Assembly: GCF_018350175.1 (NCBI RefSeq)
Contig: NC_058383.1
Coordinates: 4,092,001 to 4,156,000, forward strand
DNA from: Felis catus
Taxonomy: Eukaryota
Reading direction: 5' to 3'
Length of the DNA: 64,000 bases
Made by a program: the position numbers and the translations under genes. Under the pieces are notes generated by a model. The model made no database searches and had not been told where the DNA came from. It saw only the letters and a list, made by a program, of their open reading frames with translations. The number at the start of each line of letters is the position of its first letter. The first letter of the stretch is position 1. Shown one piece after another: positions 62,626 through 64,000 of this stretch.

Positions 62626-63030
62626 CACACACAGCCGTGCATAGAGACATGCACAAAAACAGATATACACAAAGACAGACACACACAAACCCACATGAAA
62701 TTCCAGATCTAGGAATAATGAGAACACCCTCAAAGTTTCCAGAGAGAAAGCAGGGCTCCTACAAAGATGTAGTTTTAACAATGACCTCAAATTTAGACGT
62801 CGACAGCCAGATAAAAATGGAAGGCACGGTGACTTTGAAAATTATTTCCAACCTTGACTTTATCCCCAGCTCAACTATCTTTTAAGAACATGCCAAAATA
62901 AAGCCATCTCAAGCATGCGTGTACTAGAGGGATTGACCTCCTAGGATCCTCTCTCAGAAAGCTACAGAAAGATTCTCCACGGAAACGAGGGAACGGAACA
63001 AGGAAGAGAAAGACGCGGATGAAACACAGG
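62000..63030 (+). mobile_element. Old L1 ORF1 / HAL1-like remnant in a TNRC18 intron
   Basis: A-rich text such as gttgaggaaatctcccgagaggttgaacaaaaag and gaaaattatttccaaccttgactttatccccagctcaactatc. Confidence 0.55.
62545..62690. repeat. (CA)n microsatellite with degenerate flanks
   Basis: Pure (AC)n at about 62581-62620. Confidence 0.95.
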
Positions 63031-63531
63031 AGCTGGAGAAAGGGAATTCTGAGTGATCCCCAGGGGATGGACCAAGAGTGACCCTGCCATGGTCTCTCTG
63101 GGGCAGGGGGGCGGGGGAGACTTCCTGCCCGGCATCCGTGTTCCACCTCCTGGATGGGTGTGGATGTCGGGCCACAGCGGGTACGCTGTATCTGCCATCT
63201 GGCTGTTGGTCTGAAGAACGAACATCCGGAGCTCAGCTCCTGGAAACGTCAGTTTTGCGCCGTGTGAGGATCTGTGGTTTCTGTCCAACGCCTGCAGCTT
63301 CTGGGGCACCTGTTATTTATGTCAGCCTTGCTTCCCATCTCTTACTCGGCTAACAACACCCCGGTTTTCCCGGGGTGGCCACCGTCTCCTCTCCCGGGTC
63401 ACAAGTGGAATCAGAAAGCCAACCTCACTTGCTGGTGTCGGGAACGAGCACGCGACCCAGGCTCGAGGACGAGACTCACAGCGGCCGAAGAAATCCACGT
63501 GAGCCGAGCCAGTTTCGGGGGCCCCGTTCTA

Positions 63532-64000
<469 letters not shown>

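Overview
This is GC-rich mammalian genomic DNA. The many tRNA-derived CAN-SINEs of the felid type point to a cat or other feliform carnivore. The gene order matches the human 7p22 block: the last coding exon and 3' UTR of WIPI2 (+), about 30 kb of repeat-rich intergenic sequence, the complete SLC29A4 gene (ENT4/PMAT, +), and the convergent 3' part of TNRC18 (-). SLC29A4 has a CpG-island promoter, a non-coding exon 1 and 10 coding exons that I joined by hand into an intact 1584-nt CDS (527 aa). Eight TNRC18 coding exons are visible, covering the Tudor-like region, a 61-residue poly-Ser run and the BAH domain. Nearly all long ORFs in the six-frame track are GC-rich or repeat shadows. I found no convincing previously undescribed biological system. 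The most interesting items are a probable decayed hAT (Tip100/Zaphod-like) transposase, an ERV-L remnant inside SLC29A4, a SINE-in-SINE insertion with an apparent inversion, a CpG-enriched old repeat, divergent CTCF-like motifs, in-frame tandem splice acceptors and miRNA seed clusters. All gene and repeat names come from recognising the sequence from memory, not from database searches, and repeat boundaries are approximate.
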